Below, in pieces: positions 55,142-64,000 of a stretch of 64,000 nt of DNA (the stretch's first letter is position 1; each line of letters opens with the position of its first letter). The position numbers and the translations under genes are program-made. Origin of the DNA: Aquabacterium sp. (GTDB lineage: Bacteria; Pseudomonadota; Gammaproteobacteria; Burkholderiales; Burkholderiaceae_C). The notes under the pieces are model-generated. The model was not told the DNA's origin and did not search any database. It was given only the letters and a program-made list of their open reading frames with translations. Location of the stretch: the NCBI RefSeq assembly GCF_014378415.1, contig NZ_JACMNS010000112.1, positions 15,630 to 79,629 of the forward strand, given 5' to 3'.

Positions 55142-56737
55142 AAGACTCGCGGCAAGACTCCGCGAACGGCGCTTCAAGGCCAGCACAGCCAAGGCCGCCA
55201 AAGCGACCATTGGCCACAGGCCGAACCGCCCGGCCCACTCGGCATAAGGCGTGTTGCCCACGCGTCCTTGGACCGATGCCACCAGGGCGCCACGGGTGTT
55301 GGTGGGCAAGGCAGCGGTCACCTTGGCCGTGTGATCAATCACCACCGTGGCACCGGTGTTGGTGGCCCGGATGGTGGGCAATTGAAATTCCAACGAGCGC
55401 ATCCGGGCAATTTGCAAGTGCTGGTAGATCGCCACCGTGTCCCCGAACCAAGCCAGGTTGCTGACGTTGGCAAACAAGGTGGGCGCCGGCTGCCCAGCGG
55501 TCACGAAACGCTGAGCGAGTTCTTCGCCAAACAAATCTTCGTAGCAGATGGTGGGCGCCACCCATTGGCCTTTGACGCCAAACGATGGCGCAGCCCTGGG
55601 CCCTCGGGTGAAATCGCCCAAGGGCATGTTCATCATCTGCACGAACCAGTGAAAGCCCAGCGGAATGAACTCGCCAAAAGGCACCAGGTGGTGCTTGTTG
55701 TAGCGGTAGAAGCCATCGGGCAACCCTTTTGTGGCCGATGACAAGCCCACCACAGAGTTGGTGTAGCCCTGCTCGAAATCGCCCAAGGGCACGCCGATCA
55801 AGGCCGCCCGATCACCCGAGTGGAAAGCGCTCGCCAACTCGGCCCAATAGCCTTGCGGCATTTGAGCCGGCAGCAGGGGAATGGCGGTCTCGGGCGCCAC
55901 CACCAGATCACCTTTCGCAGCCACCAGTTGCTGGGCATGCCAGACCAGTTGGTCAATCAGATGAGATTGCGCGAACTTCTCGTCTTGCGGGATGTTGCCC
56001 TGCAGCAAGGTCACGGACAAAGGCGCACCATGGACCCGCGTGAACTCATGCCATGGCTGCCGGCCAATGAAGGACAAGCCGCCCACCAGCAGCAGCAAGG
56101 CGGACACGCTGACCATCATCGAGCGCGATAGGGGCGCAGACAACACCACCCAAGACAACATCAAGACCCAGACCGCGCCCATGGCGTAGACGCCGATCCA
56201 GGGCGCCAGAACTGCCAGGGGAGAGTCGACCAGGGCATAGCCACTGGCTGCCCACGGGAAGCCGGTGAAAATGCAGCCGCGAATCCATTCGGCCAACCAC
56301 CACAAAGCCGCCAGCAACAGGCCATCGGAGAGCCAGGTGCCTCGACGCCATCCCACCCAGGCTGCGGCCACCAAGGCCATGAAACATGACAGGGCCGCAC
56401 AAAGCGCCAGCACGGCCAAGCCCGCGATCCACGCCGGCAAGCCGCCAAATTTGTGCAGGCTCACGAACATCCAACCGGTGCCGCTGACCAGCCAGACGGT
56501 GCCGAACAGGGCGCCGCATTTGGCTGCCAGAGGAACCGATCCCAAGCTGCGAAGAACGGCGACAAAAACCACCACTGCCAGCGACAGCAGTGTGGCGGGC
56601 CAAGCGGGGCCCAAGGCGGCCATCCAGGGTGAAAAAGCCCCCGCCAGCAAAGCACCTGCCAGCATGGCCAAAAGCAGGGCCTTGCCCGCGCGCAATCCGC
56701 CTGGAGCAGCCCAGGCACCTGAAGCAATCTTCGACAC
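55139..56737 (-). CDS. lnt: Apolipoprotein N-acyltransferase
   Basis: FTGFPW, QGNIPQ.EK, PETA, YNKHHLVPFGEFIP, ICYED.F, NLAWFG, RATNTG. Confidence 0.95.
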   Translation of the reverse strand: MSKIASGAWAAPGGLRAGKALLLAMLAGALLAGAFSPWMAALGPAWPATLLSLAVVVFVAVLRSLGSVPLAAKCGALFGTVWLVSGTGWMFVSLHKFGGLPAWIAGLAVLALCAALSCFMALVAAAWVGWRRGTWLSDGLLLAALWWLAEWIRGCIFTGFPWAASGYALVDSPLAVLAPWIGVYAMGAVWVLMLSWVVLSAPLSRSMMVSVSALLLLVGGLSFIGRQPWHEFTRVHGAPLSVTLLQGNIPQDEKFAQSHLIDQLVWHAQQLVAAKGDLVVAPETAIPLLPAQMPQGYWAELASAFHSGDRAALIGVPLGDFEQGYTNSVVGLSSATKGLPDGFYRYNKHHLVPFGEFIPLGFHWFVQMMNMPLGDFTRGPRAAPSFGVKGQWVAPTICYEDLFGEELAQRFVTAGQPAPTLFANVSNLAWFGDTVAIYQHLQIARMRSLEFQLPTIRATNTGATVVIDHTAKVTAALPTNTRGALVASVQGRVGNTPYAEWAGRFGLWPMVALAALAVLALKRRSRSLAASL

Positions 56738-56739
56738 CT

Positions 56740-57645
56740 TCAGGACCCGCTCATGTCTAGCGCATCAGGCGCACGCGTGACCTTGAACCAGCGCACCGCC
56801 CCGCCCCTCGCCAGCATGACCGAAAATCTAAGGCCACCGACTTCAACAGCCTCACCGCGACGCGGGACTCGCCCCAGTTCGTGAGCCACAAAGCCGCCAA
56901 TGGTGTCGAAATCATCCAGCGGCAAGTGAACGCCGAACGCCGTGTTCACGGCTTCGATGTCGGCATCACCGGCCACCCGTTGGCTGCCGTCGGCCAAGGT
57001 GAAGATGCCGTGGTCGCTCTCACCCACGTCGAACTCGTCTTCAATCTCACCCACGATCTCTTCCAGCACGTCCTCGATGGTGATCAGACCGGCGGTTTTG
57101 CCGAATTCGTCGATCACGATTGCCAAGTGACTGCGGTTGGCGCGAAAGTCGCGCAGCAACTCATTCAGGCCCTTGGACTCGGGGACGAACACGGGCGGGC
57201 GCAGCAAAGTGCGCAAATTCAACTCTGGCGCACGCTGAAGTTTGAGCAAATCCTTGGTCATCAAGACGCCGATGATGTTTTCGCGGCTGCCGTCGAAGAC
57301 CGGGAAACGCGAGTGCCCTGCATCGATCACCTGGTGCAGCAACTCGTCGTAAGGCGCGTTGATGTCCAGCAAATCCATTCGCTTGACCGCCACCATCACA
57401 TCGCCAGCGGTCATGCCCGCCATGCGGATCACGCCCTCCAGCATCACGCGGGATTCGGGCTCGATCAGTTCACGCTGCTCGGCGGTGGCCAGCGACTCAA
57501 TCAGCTCATCGGTGGAATCCGGGCCGGGCGCGATGAATTGAACCAAGCGCTCAAAAAGACTGCGGCGGTCTTTTTCACGTTCATGGAGCAGTAAAAATGC
57601 GGATCTGTCGGCTTTGGTGGGCCGACTCTGGGAAGGTTCGGACAC
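56740..57645 (-). CDS. corC: CorC/HlyC family CBS-domain protein
   Basis: CBS pair (AGHSRFPV, HLAIVIDEFG.TAGLITIEDVLEEIVGEIEDE), CorC C-terminal DTIGG. Confidence 0.9.
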   Translation of the reverse strand: MSEPSQSRPTKADRSAFLLLHEREKDRRSLFERLVQFIAPGPDSTDELIESLATAEQRELIEPESRVMLEGVIRMAGMTAGDVMVAVKRMDLLDINAPYDELLHQVIDAGHSRFPVFDGSRENIIGVLMTKDLLKLQRAPELNLRTLLRPPVFVPESKGLNELLRDFRANRSHLAIVIDEFGKTAGLITIEDVLEEIVGEIEDEFDVGESDHGIFTLADGSQRVAGDADIEAVNTAFGVHLPLDDFDTIGGFVAHELGRVPRRGEAVEVGGLRFSVMLARGGAVRWFKVTRAPDALDMSGS

Positions 57646-57714
57646 GGCGGGGGTGTCTTTGTGGCGATGATGCAAGAATACCCGATGAAGATGGCGATTG
57701 TGCGACCCCATGTC

Positions 57715-57749
57715 TTCAAAGCCCGGACAGCCGGGGCTACACTCGCGGG
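57715..57749 (+). promoter_or_regulatory. Putative leaderless promoter of the COG0523 gene
   Basis: TTCAAA, 17-bp spacer, TACACT (57738-57743), 6 nt, then ATG 57750; no SD. Confidence 0.55.
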
Positions 57750-58784
57750 ATGAGCTTGATACCTGTCACCATCATTACCGGCTTCTTGGGCAGTGGGAAA
57801 ACCACTTTGCTCAAGCGCATCCTGACCGAAGCACACGGCCAGAAGATCGCCGTCATCGAAAACGAATTCGGTGAAGAAAACATCGACAACGACATCCTGG
57901 TGGCCGACACCAAGGAGCAGATCATCCAGATGAACAATGGCTGCATCTGCTGCACCATTCGCGAAGATCTCCGGGTCACCCTGATCGACCTGGCCGCCAA
58001 GAAACGTGACGGCAGCCTGAAGTTCGACCGGGTCGTGATCGAAACCACCGGCCTGGCCGACCCCGGCCCCGTGGCGCAAACCTTCTTCATGGACGACGAG
58101 ATCGCCGAGATCTACCTGCTGGACGCCATCGTTACGCTGGTCGATGCCAAACACGGCCAGACTCAGCTTGACCAACGTCAGGAAGCACAGCGCCAGGCAG
58201 GTTTCGCCGACCAGATCTTCATCAGCAAGACCGATCTGGTCACCACGGCCGAGGCTGACGATTTGGCCCACCGCCTCAAGCACATCAACCCGCGCGCGCC
58301 CCAGCAACGGGTGCATTTCGGTGAGGTACCGCTGGGCAATGTGTTCGACCTGCGCGGCTTCAACCTCAATGCCAAGCTGGAAATCGACCCCAGCTTCCTG
58401 ACCGACGACGCGCACGATCATGGTCACCATGACCATGATCACGTGCACGACGAGCATTGCAACCATCCGCACCACCACAAGCACGACGACGATGTGAAAT
58501 CCTTCGTCTACAAATCCACCCGTCCCTTCAACCCCAGCAAGCTGGAAGACTTCCTCGGGTCGATGGTGCAGATTTATGGTCCGCGCATGCTGCGCTATAA
58601 AGGCGTTTTGAATGTCGTGGGCATGGATCGCAAGGTCATTTTCCAGGGTGTTCACCAGTTGATGGGCAGCGATGTTGGCCCGAAATGGTCGCCCGGGGAA
58701 GACAAAACCAGCAAAATGGTCTTCATCGGCATTGACCTGCCCCAAGACCTGTTCCGCACAGGCCTTGAACAATGTCTGGCTTGA
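57750..58784 (+). CDS. CobW/COG0523 family metallochaperone GTPase (YjiA-like)
   Basis: TGFLGSGKTT, IENEFGE, GCICC, IETTGLADP, SKTD, His-rich insert, LRYKG, FQGVH, VFIG. Confidence 0.93.
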   Translation: MSLIPVTIITGFLGSGKTTLLKRILTEAHGQKIAVIENEFGEENIDNDILVADTKEQIIQMNNGCICCTIREDLRVTLIDLAAKKRDGSLKFDRVVIETTGLADPGPVAQTFFMDDEIAEIYLLDAIVTLVDAKHGQTQLDQRQEAQRQAGFADQIFISKTDLVTTAEADDLAHRLKHINPRAPQQRVHFGEVPLGNVFDLRGFNLNAKLEIDPSFLTDDAHDHGHHDHDHVHDEHCNHPHHHKHDDDVKSFVYKSTRPFNPSKLEDFLGSMVQIYGPRMLRYKGVLNVVGMDRKVIFQGVHQLMGSDVGPKWSPGEDKTSKMVFIGIDLPQDLFRTGLEQCLA

Positions 58785-58836
58785 TGGGCAGATGAGGCCG
58801 AGGGATAGTCTGGTGAAGTTGAGCTAGGAGCCTCGC

Positions 58837-58850
58837 TACAATTCGCGCGC
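58837..58850 (+). promoter_or_regulatory. Putative -10 with GC-rich discriminator for dksA
   Basis: TACAAT followed by TCGCGCGC. Confidence 0.55.
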
Positions 58851-58934
58851 CTTCATTCATGCCTTAATTGCCAAAAGCAGCACAACCAAGGCGATGGAGC
58901 CATTAGCTGGCCATGCGTCTCTTAGGAGGATCCT

Positions 58935-59723
58935 GTGACGAAAGCATCTGACAAGCCCTCGACCAAATCGAGCGCCACTGCCCCCGCCAAAACGGCCAAG
59001 GCGGTCAAGGACACGCCGGTCAAAACCGCTGCCAGCAAGCCCATCGCCAAGGCTCCTCTTCAACCTGCTTCGCCGCCTTCCGCCAAAAAAGAGACTTCCG
59101 CCACCAAGAAAATCAGCACAGTGGCCCCTGCCAAATTGGCGCCTCCACCTGTTCCCGCTCAAGCTTCCCCTAAAACGGCCGAAGCTGCCGTATTGCCCAA
59201 ACCCGTGGCCCCGGCACGCTCACCGTCCAAAATCAGTACCCCAGATCACATGCCTACTACCGCAATCAAGGTTGACAGCAAGCTCGCCAACGCGTGGAAA
59301 ACCAAAACCGGCCGGGAACTCACCGAGCCCGAGTTGATGGCCATGCCTGAAACCGAGTACATGAGTGAAAAGCAGTTGGACTTTTTCCGCAGTCGCCTGA
59401 CCGTGCTGAAGGACGACCTGCTGTCCAATGCCGGAGAAACCACCGAGCACCTGCGGGAAGACACCTCCATCGTTCCTGACCCGGCCGACCGCGCCACGAT
59501 CGAGGAAGAGCACGCCCTGGAGTTGCGCACCCGCGACCGCGAGCGCAAGCTGCTCAAGAAGATCTCCCAGGCGCTGACCCGCCTGGACTCTGGCGAATAC
59601 GGTTACTGCGACGAAACGGGCGAACCCATCGGCTTGGGCCGCTTGATTGCCCGCCCCACCGCCACCTTGTCGCTGGAAGCGCAACAGCGCCGGGAACTCA
59701 AGCAAAAGATGTTCGGTGACTGA
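58935..59723 (+). CDS. dksA: RNA polymerase-binding factor DksA (1-Cys, zinc-free type) with N-terminal basic extension
   Basis: YMSEKQL.FF, PDPADRATIEEEHALELRTRDRERKLLKKI, YGYCDETGEPIG..RL.ARPTATLS; GGAGG SD before GTG 58935. Confidence 0.95.
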   Translation: MTKASDKPSTKSSATAPAKTAKAVKDTPVKTAASKPIAKAPLQPASPPSAKKETSATKKISTVAPAKLAPPPVPAQASPKTAEAAVLPKPVAPARSPSKISTPDHMPTTAIKVDSKLANAWKTKTGRELTEPELMAMPETEYMSEKQLDFFRSRLTVLKDDLLSNAGETTEHLREDTSIVPDPADRATIEEEHALELRTRDRERKLLKKISQALTRLDSGEYGYCDETGEPIGLGRLIARPTATLSLEAQQRRELKQKMFGD

Positions 59724-59771
59724 TCTGCTATTGCGCACCCTCACTTTTATGCCTTATTTCGGCCTGCGATC

Positions 59772-61571
59772 ATGAGCAAGGACTCCGGCGGATTTTTGCG
59801 CAAGGTGGCTCGCTTCGTTGCCAATCCGACCACGGATTGGACGCAACTGGACGCTCCATCTGCCGGATCACCTGAGAGCGAGTACGCCAAGACCGAAATC
59901 AAGGCCATGATCGAGCGCAAGCGCCGCAACGATTTCGTGCGCAAGCGCGAGCTCGACATGCTTCGCAAGATCCGCCGTGAAGGCCTGAGCCAGGACAATG
60001 CGCTGGCGCTGTCGGGCGCCTCCAACCTTGATTCCGAATCACGCACGCACAGCGGCCCTCGTTCGGACATCGCGGTCAAAGCCAAAATCGACGCCATCGA
60101 GCAGCAAATGGTGGGCGACCAGAACGCCGCAAGGCAATCAGTCCAGCCCGCGCCCGTGGTGCAACGGCCGCCGCCCTTGCCATTGAATGCCGCTGCGGCC
60201 TACGCGCCCACCGCGCCCAATGGGCTGGGTGCGCCTGAAAGGCTCAAGGCTCGGTCCGAATTGAGCCCCCTGGAGTTCGATCCGCCTGAAATCTCGCAGG
60301 CCGTGTTTGATTCGGCGCGCGCGAACCAGCCCCGGATGAGTGGCTCTCCGCCACCGCCCATGCTCAACGAGCATCTGTCACCGGCCGACATCACCAGCGG
60401 TTCAGGTGTTGATGTGACCGAGATGGAGCACGATCCCGAGCTGGATGAGGCCGTGATCGCCTTCGCCAATGCCGATTTCGACGAGTGCGAGCGAGCGCTG
60501 CTGGTCCTGATCGCCCCGGGCGGCACGCGTCATGACCAATCCGAAACCTGGATGGCGGTGTTCGACCTGTACCGGGTCCTGGACCTGCCTCAAAAATTCG
60601 ACCACTTGGCGGTGTCGTTTGCACACCAGTTCGGACTGTCCGCACCGCATTGGTATTCCTTGCCCCAGCGGGTGCAGGCTTTCGTGGTCATCAGCGAGCA
60701 GAAAGCCGCCGCTGCCGCCAAAGAAAACCAACATGCGGAAGAGGGCCCCGCCACCGAACCTGGCGAAGGCCTGCCCGCACAAGTACGGGCCCTTGAAGGC
60801 TGGTTGTCCCCTGCGGTGATCGACTCCGAGGCCGTGGCGCAACTGCGCTATGAAATCCTGCAGCTGCCCCGCCCATGGACCATGGATTGGAGCAACGTCA
60901 AAAAAGTGGCGCCCGAAGGTGCTGCCCAGTTGAGCCAGCTGATGAAAGCCTGGGCAAAAGAGCCCATCGGCATGGACTGGATTGGTGCCGACCAATTGCT
61001 CTCGGTGCTGGCCGACAGTTCGCCATCGGGCGCCAGAGACACCGACCCTGCTTTCTGGATACTGCGCCTGGATGCCTTGCGCCTTTGCAACCGGCCCGAC
61101 CAATTTGACGAAGTCGCCTTCGAATATTGCGTGACCTACGAGTTGTCACCGCCATCCTGGGAGGCCACGCCCTGCCAGGTGCGCCACATGCGCGACGGCG
61201 TCACACCCCAAACCATGATGCTGTCGCACGTCAGTGACGTGACCACCAGCTTTGTCGAATCCCAAATGCACGACGACATCGAGTTCGTGCAAGTCGCCGC
61301 GCTGAACCTGTCAGGCCAGTTGATTGGCGACATCAGCGAAACGCTGCGTAAATTGGACAATCAGTTGGGTGCCAGCATCACGCTAGACATTGATTGCGAG
61401 CACCTCCTGCGGGTCGATTTCATCGCCGCCGGAGACTTGCTGAACTGGGTCCTCGCCCGCCGCGCAGAAGACCGCGAAGTCACCTTCGTCAAGCCGCATC
61501 GGCTCGTGGCGCTGTTCTTCGGCGCCATGGGAATCAACGAGCACGCCAAGGTCAAGCTGCAGCTGATCTAA
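59772..61571 (+). CDS. Uncharacterised STAS-domain-containing protein
   Basis: 599-aa ORF with host-like composition; C-terminal STAS-like LNLSGQL...IDCEHLLRVDFIAAG.LL....LV..FF..MGI. Confidence 0.75.
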   Translation: MSKDSGGFLRKVARFVANPTTDWTQLDAPSAGSPESEYAKTEIKAMIERKRRNDFVRKRELDMLRKIRREGLSQDNALALSGASNLDSESRTHSGPRSDIAVKAKIDAIEQQMVGDQNAARQSVQPAPVVQRPPPLPLNAAAAYAPTAPNGLGAPERLKARSELSPLEFDPPEISQAVFDSARANQPRMSGSPPPPMLNEHLSPADITSGSGVDVTEMEHDPELDEAVIAFANADFDECERALLVLIAPGGTRHDQSETWMAVFDLYRVLDLPQKFDHLAVSFAHQFGLSAPHWYSLPQRVQAFVVISEQKAAAAAKENQHAEEGPATEPGEGLPAQVRALEGWLSPAVIDSEAVAQLRYEILQLPRPWTMDWSNVKKVAPEGAAQLSQLMKAWAKEPIGMDWIGADQLLSVLADSSPSGARDTDPAFWILRLDALRLCNRPDQFDEVAFEYCVTYELSPPSWEATPCQVRHMRDGVTPQTMMLSHVSDVTTSFVESQMHDDIEFVQVAALNLSGQLIGDISETLRKLDNQLGASITLDIDCEHLLRVDFIAAGDLLNWVLARRAEDREVTFVKPHRLVALFFGAMGINEHAKVKLQLI

Positions 61572-61617
61572 TGCCTGAGCCCGATCACCGGGCCCAGGCA
61601 CTCACTTGAAAAACTTC

Positions 61618-62166
61618 ATGGATTCTTACCACGGCACCACCATCGTCAGCGTGCGCCGTCAAACTCCCACCGGTTGGCAAGTGGCCATCGGCGGCGACGG
61701 CCAGGTCACGCTGGGACACATCATCGTCAAATCCACCGCCCGCAAGGTGCGCAAGCTTCACCGGGACCAGGTGCTCGCAGGTTTTGCGGGGGCCACAGCC
61801 GATGCTTTCACTCTGTTCGAACGCTTCGAATCCAAGCTGGAAAAGCACCAGGGTCACCTGGCGCGCGCCGCAGTCGAGCTGACCCGTGACTGGCGCACCG
61901 ACCGCGTCCTGCGCCGCCTGGAGGCCATGCTGGCCGTGGCCGACCGAGAGACCTCGCTGATCATCACGGGCAACGGCGACGTGCTGGAACCCGAGCACGG
62001 CATCATCGCGATCGGATCAGGCGGCGCCTATGCGCAAGCCGCCGCCCGAGCTCTGATCGGCCACACCACCCTGGATGCCGCCGACGTCGTCAAGAAGTCG
62101 CTGGAGATCGCAGGCGATCTGTGCATTTACACCAACCAGAGCCACACCATTGAAACCCTTGGATGA
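61618..62166 (+). CDS. hslV: ATP-dependent protease subunit HslV
   Basis: [40 protein letters not shown]. Confidence 0.97.
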   Translation: MDSYHGTTIVSVRRQTPTGWQVAIGGDGQVTLGHIIVKSTARKVRKLHRDQVLAGFAGATADAFTLFERFESKLEKHQGHLARAAVELTRDWRTDRVLRRLEAMLAVADRETSLIITGNGDVLEPEHGIIAIGSGGAYAQAAARALIGHTTLDAADVVKKSLEIAGDLCIYTNQSHTIETLG

Positions 62167-62170
62167 CGCC

Positions 62171-63502
62171 ATGAGTGGCATGACCCCGCAAGACATCGTC
62201 AACGAACTCGACCGCCACATCATTGGCCAGCGGGAAGCCAAACGCGCCGTGGCCATCGCCTTGCGCAACCGCTGGCGCCGCCAGCAGGTTGAAGGCCCCA
62301 TGCGTGGCGAAATCACGCCCAAGAACATCCTGATGATCGGCCCCACCGGCGTGGGCAAGACCGAGATTGCCCGCCGCCTGGCCAAGTTGGCCGACGCGCC
62401 CTTCATCAAGGTCGAGGCCACCAAGTTCACCGAGGTGGGCTATGTGGGCAAGGACGTCGACACCATCATCCGCGACCTGGTGGAATACGCGGTCAAGCAA
62501 GAGCGTGCTGCGCAGATCCAGGCCCAGCGTGCGCGCGCCGAAGACGCCGCAGAAGATCGCTTGCTGGACGTGCTGGTGCCCCCGCCCCGCTCCGAGTTCG
62601 GGATCTCGTCGCCACAGCCGGACAACACCACCCGCCAGGTCATGCGCAAGCGCTTGCGCGAAGGCAGCTTGGACGACCGCGAGATCGACATCGAACTGGC
62701 AGACAGCAAGACGCCCGCACTCGAAATCATGGGGCCTGCAGGCATGGAAGAGATGGCTGAGCAGTTGCGCGGCATGTTCGCCCAAGCTGGCGGACAGCGC
62801 CGCAAATCACGCAAGGTGACGGTGGCCGAGGCCAGGTTGCAGTTGATCGAAGAAGAAGCCGCCAAACTGGTCAACGACGACGACATCAAGACGCGGGCGC
62901 TGGAGCGGGCCGAGCAAAACGGCATCGTGTTCATCGACGAAATCGACAAGGTGGCCAGCCGCATGGAAGGCCAAGGGGCCGAGGTCTCGCGCCAGGGTGT
63001 GCAACGCGATTTGCTGCCTTTGGTTGAAGGCACCACGGTGAACACCAAGTACGGCATGGTCAAGACCGACCACATCCTGTTCATCGCCTCGGGCGCCTTC
63101 CATTTGAGCAAGCCCAGCGACCTGATCCCTGAACTGCAAGGCCGCTTTCCGATCCGCGTAGAGCTGTCATCCCTGTCGGTTGATGACTTCGAGGCCATCC
63201 TCACGCAACCCAGTGCCAGCCTGATCAAGCAGTACCAGGCTTTGTTGGCCGCCGAGGGCGTCACCCTGGAGTTCACGCCCGACAGCATTCGCCGAATGGC
63301 ACAGATTGCTTACGACGTGAACGAGCGCACGGAGAACATCGGCGCACGCCGCCTGGCGACGGTGATGGAGCGATTGCTGGACGAGATTTCTTTCGATGCG
63401 CCCAACATGTCAGGGCAGACCCGGACCATCGACGCCGAACAGGTGGATGCCCGCCTGGGTGAGTTGTCGCGCAACGAAGACCTGTCTCGCTTCATTCTTT
63501 GA
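62171..63502 (+). CDS. hslU: ATP-dependent protease ATPase subunit HslU
   Basis: [56 protein letters not shown]. Confidence 0.98.
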   Translation: MSGMTPQDIVNELDRHIIGQREAKRAVAIALRNRWRRQQVEGPMRGEITPKNILMIGPTGVGKTEIARRLAKLADAPFIKVEATKFTEVGYVGKDVDTIIRDLVEYAVKQERAAQIQAQRARAEDAAEDRLLDVLVPPPRSEFGISSPQPDNTTRQVMRKRLREGSLDDREIDIELADSKTPALEIMGPAGMEEMAEQLRGMFAQAGGQRRKSRKVTVAEARLQLIEEEAAKLVNDDDIKTRALERAEQNGIVFIDEIDKVASRMEGQGAEVSRQGVQRDLLPLVEGTTVNTKYGMVKTDHILFIASGAFHLSKPSDLIPELQGRFPIRVELSSLSVDDFEAILTQPSASLIKQYQALLAAEGVTLEFTPDSIRRMAQIAYDVNERTENIGARRLATVMERLLDEISFDAPNMSGQTRTIDAEQVDARLGELSRNEDLSRFIL

Positions 63503-63503
63503 T

Positions 63504-64000
63504 TCAGGCCTGCGAGGCCAAAGTCAACAGGCCTTCAAAGATCAGGTTCTCGACCACGCGCACCGGCAACTCGGTCACGTGAGCCAGCCGAGAAACCGCA
63601 CCACCTGACATGACCAGCAAGGGCTCGCGGCCCGTGTGCAGTTGCAGGCGGCGCAGGCTGCGTTCGATGGCCCCGGCGATGGCATCGGTACCCCCGCTCA
63701 TCAGGGCATCGCTGGTGTTGGTGGGAAAGTCCTGCACTTCGCCCGTGGGCACTTTCAGGCCGGCGGTGCCACTTTCGAGCGCGCGGTACATCAGGCCAAA
63801 ACCCGGCATGATCAAGCCCCCCAGAAACCGCCCCTGCACGTCCACCGCATCCACGGTGACCGCGGTGCCGACCATCACGGCCAGCACGGGCGGTGGCGCA
63901 TCGGCACACACCTGCAAGGCACGCTGGCGGGCCCCGATGATGGCGGCCCACCGGTCGGCCCCCAAGCGCGCAGGATGCTCATAACCATTGACCACGCCAG
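63504..64000 (-). CDS. coaX: Type III pantothenate kinase, 5' truncated by window edge
   Basis: [35 protein letters not shown]; frame is open to the edge. Confidence 0.9.
   Translation of the reverse strand, partial: GVVNGYEHPARLGADRWAAIIGARQRALQVCADAPPPVLAVMVGTAVTVDAVDVQGRFLGGLIMPGFGLMYRALESGTAGLKVPTGEVQDFPTNTSDALMSGGTDAIAGAIERSLRRLQLHTGREPLLVMSGGAVSRLAHVTELPVRVVENLIFEGLLTLASQA

Noticed and set aside
57600-57749. Zur box upstream of the COG0523-dksA pair
   Set aside because: No convincing TGTTATAACA-like palindrome seen by eye; a PWM scan is needed to exclude a degenerate site

Overview
GC-rich betaproteobacterial core chromosome. Gene order and protein style resemble Burkholderiales (Comamonadaceae/Sphaerotilaceae-like); that placement is inference. 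About 58 housekeeping CDS tile the window. From left to right: partial GST, LLM oxidoreductase and dnaB; asmA, yccA and a TrmH-family gene; the long minus-strand rpsB-tsf-pyrH-frr-uppS-cdsA-dxr-rseP-bamA-skp-lpxD-fabZ-lpxA-lpxB-rnhB cluster; rnr and two identical tRNA-Leu(CAG); the minus-strand ndk-rlmN-pilW-rodZ-ispG-hisS-yfgM-bamB-der-hfq-hflXKC / hisZ-purA-PRTase block; rluD-scpB-rluB and bamD; can-aceK; an MBL hydrolase; corC-lnt, glyQS-gmhB-M48; a plus-strand COG0523 GTPase-dksA-STAS protein-hslVU run; and partial coaX. I see no integrase, transposase, prophage, CRISPR or rRNA, and no clearly novel multi-gene accessory system. The best leads are small-scale: a ~270-nt structured leader with pseudoknot/switch topology before scpB-rluB, a helically phased DnaA-box-like array before dnaB, an uncharacterised double-STAS protein between a zinc-free histone-tailed DksA and HslVU, a prion-like RluB, a decayed DUF2065 pseudogene missed by the ORF track, several apparently leaderless promoters, and two odd substitutions in PyrH. 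All protein identifications come from motif recognition by eye, not database searches.
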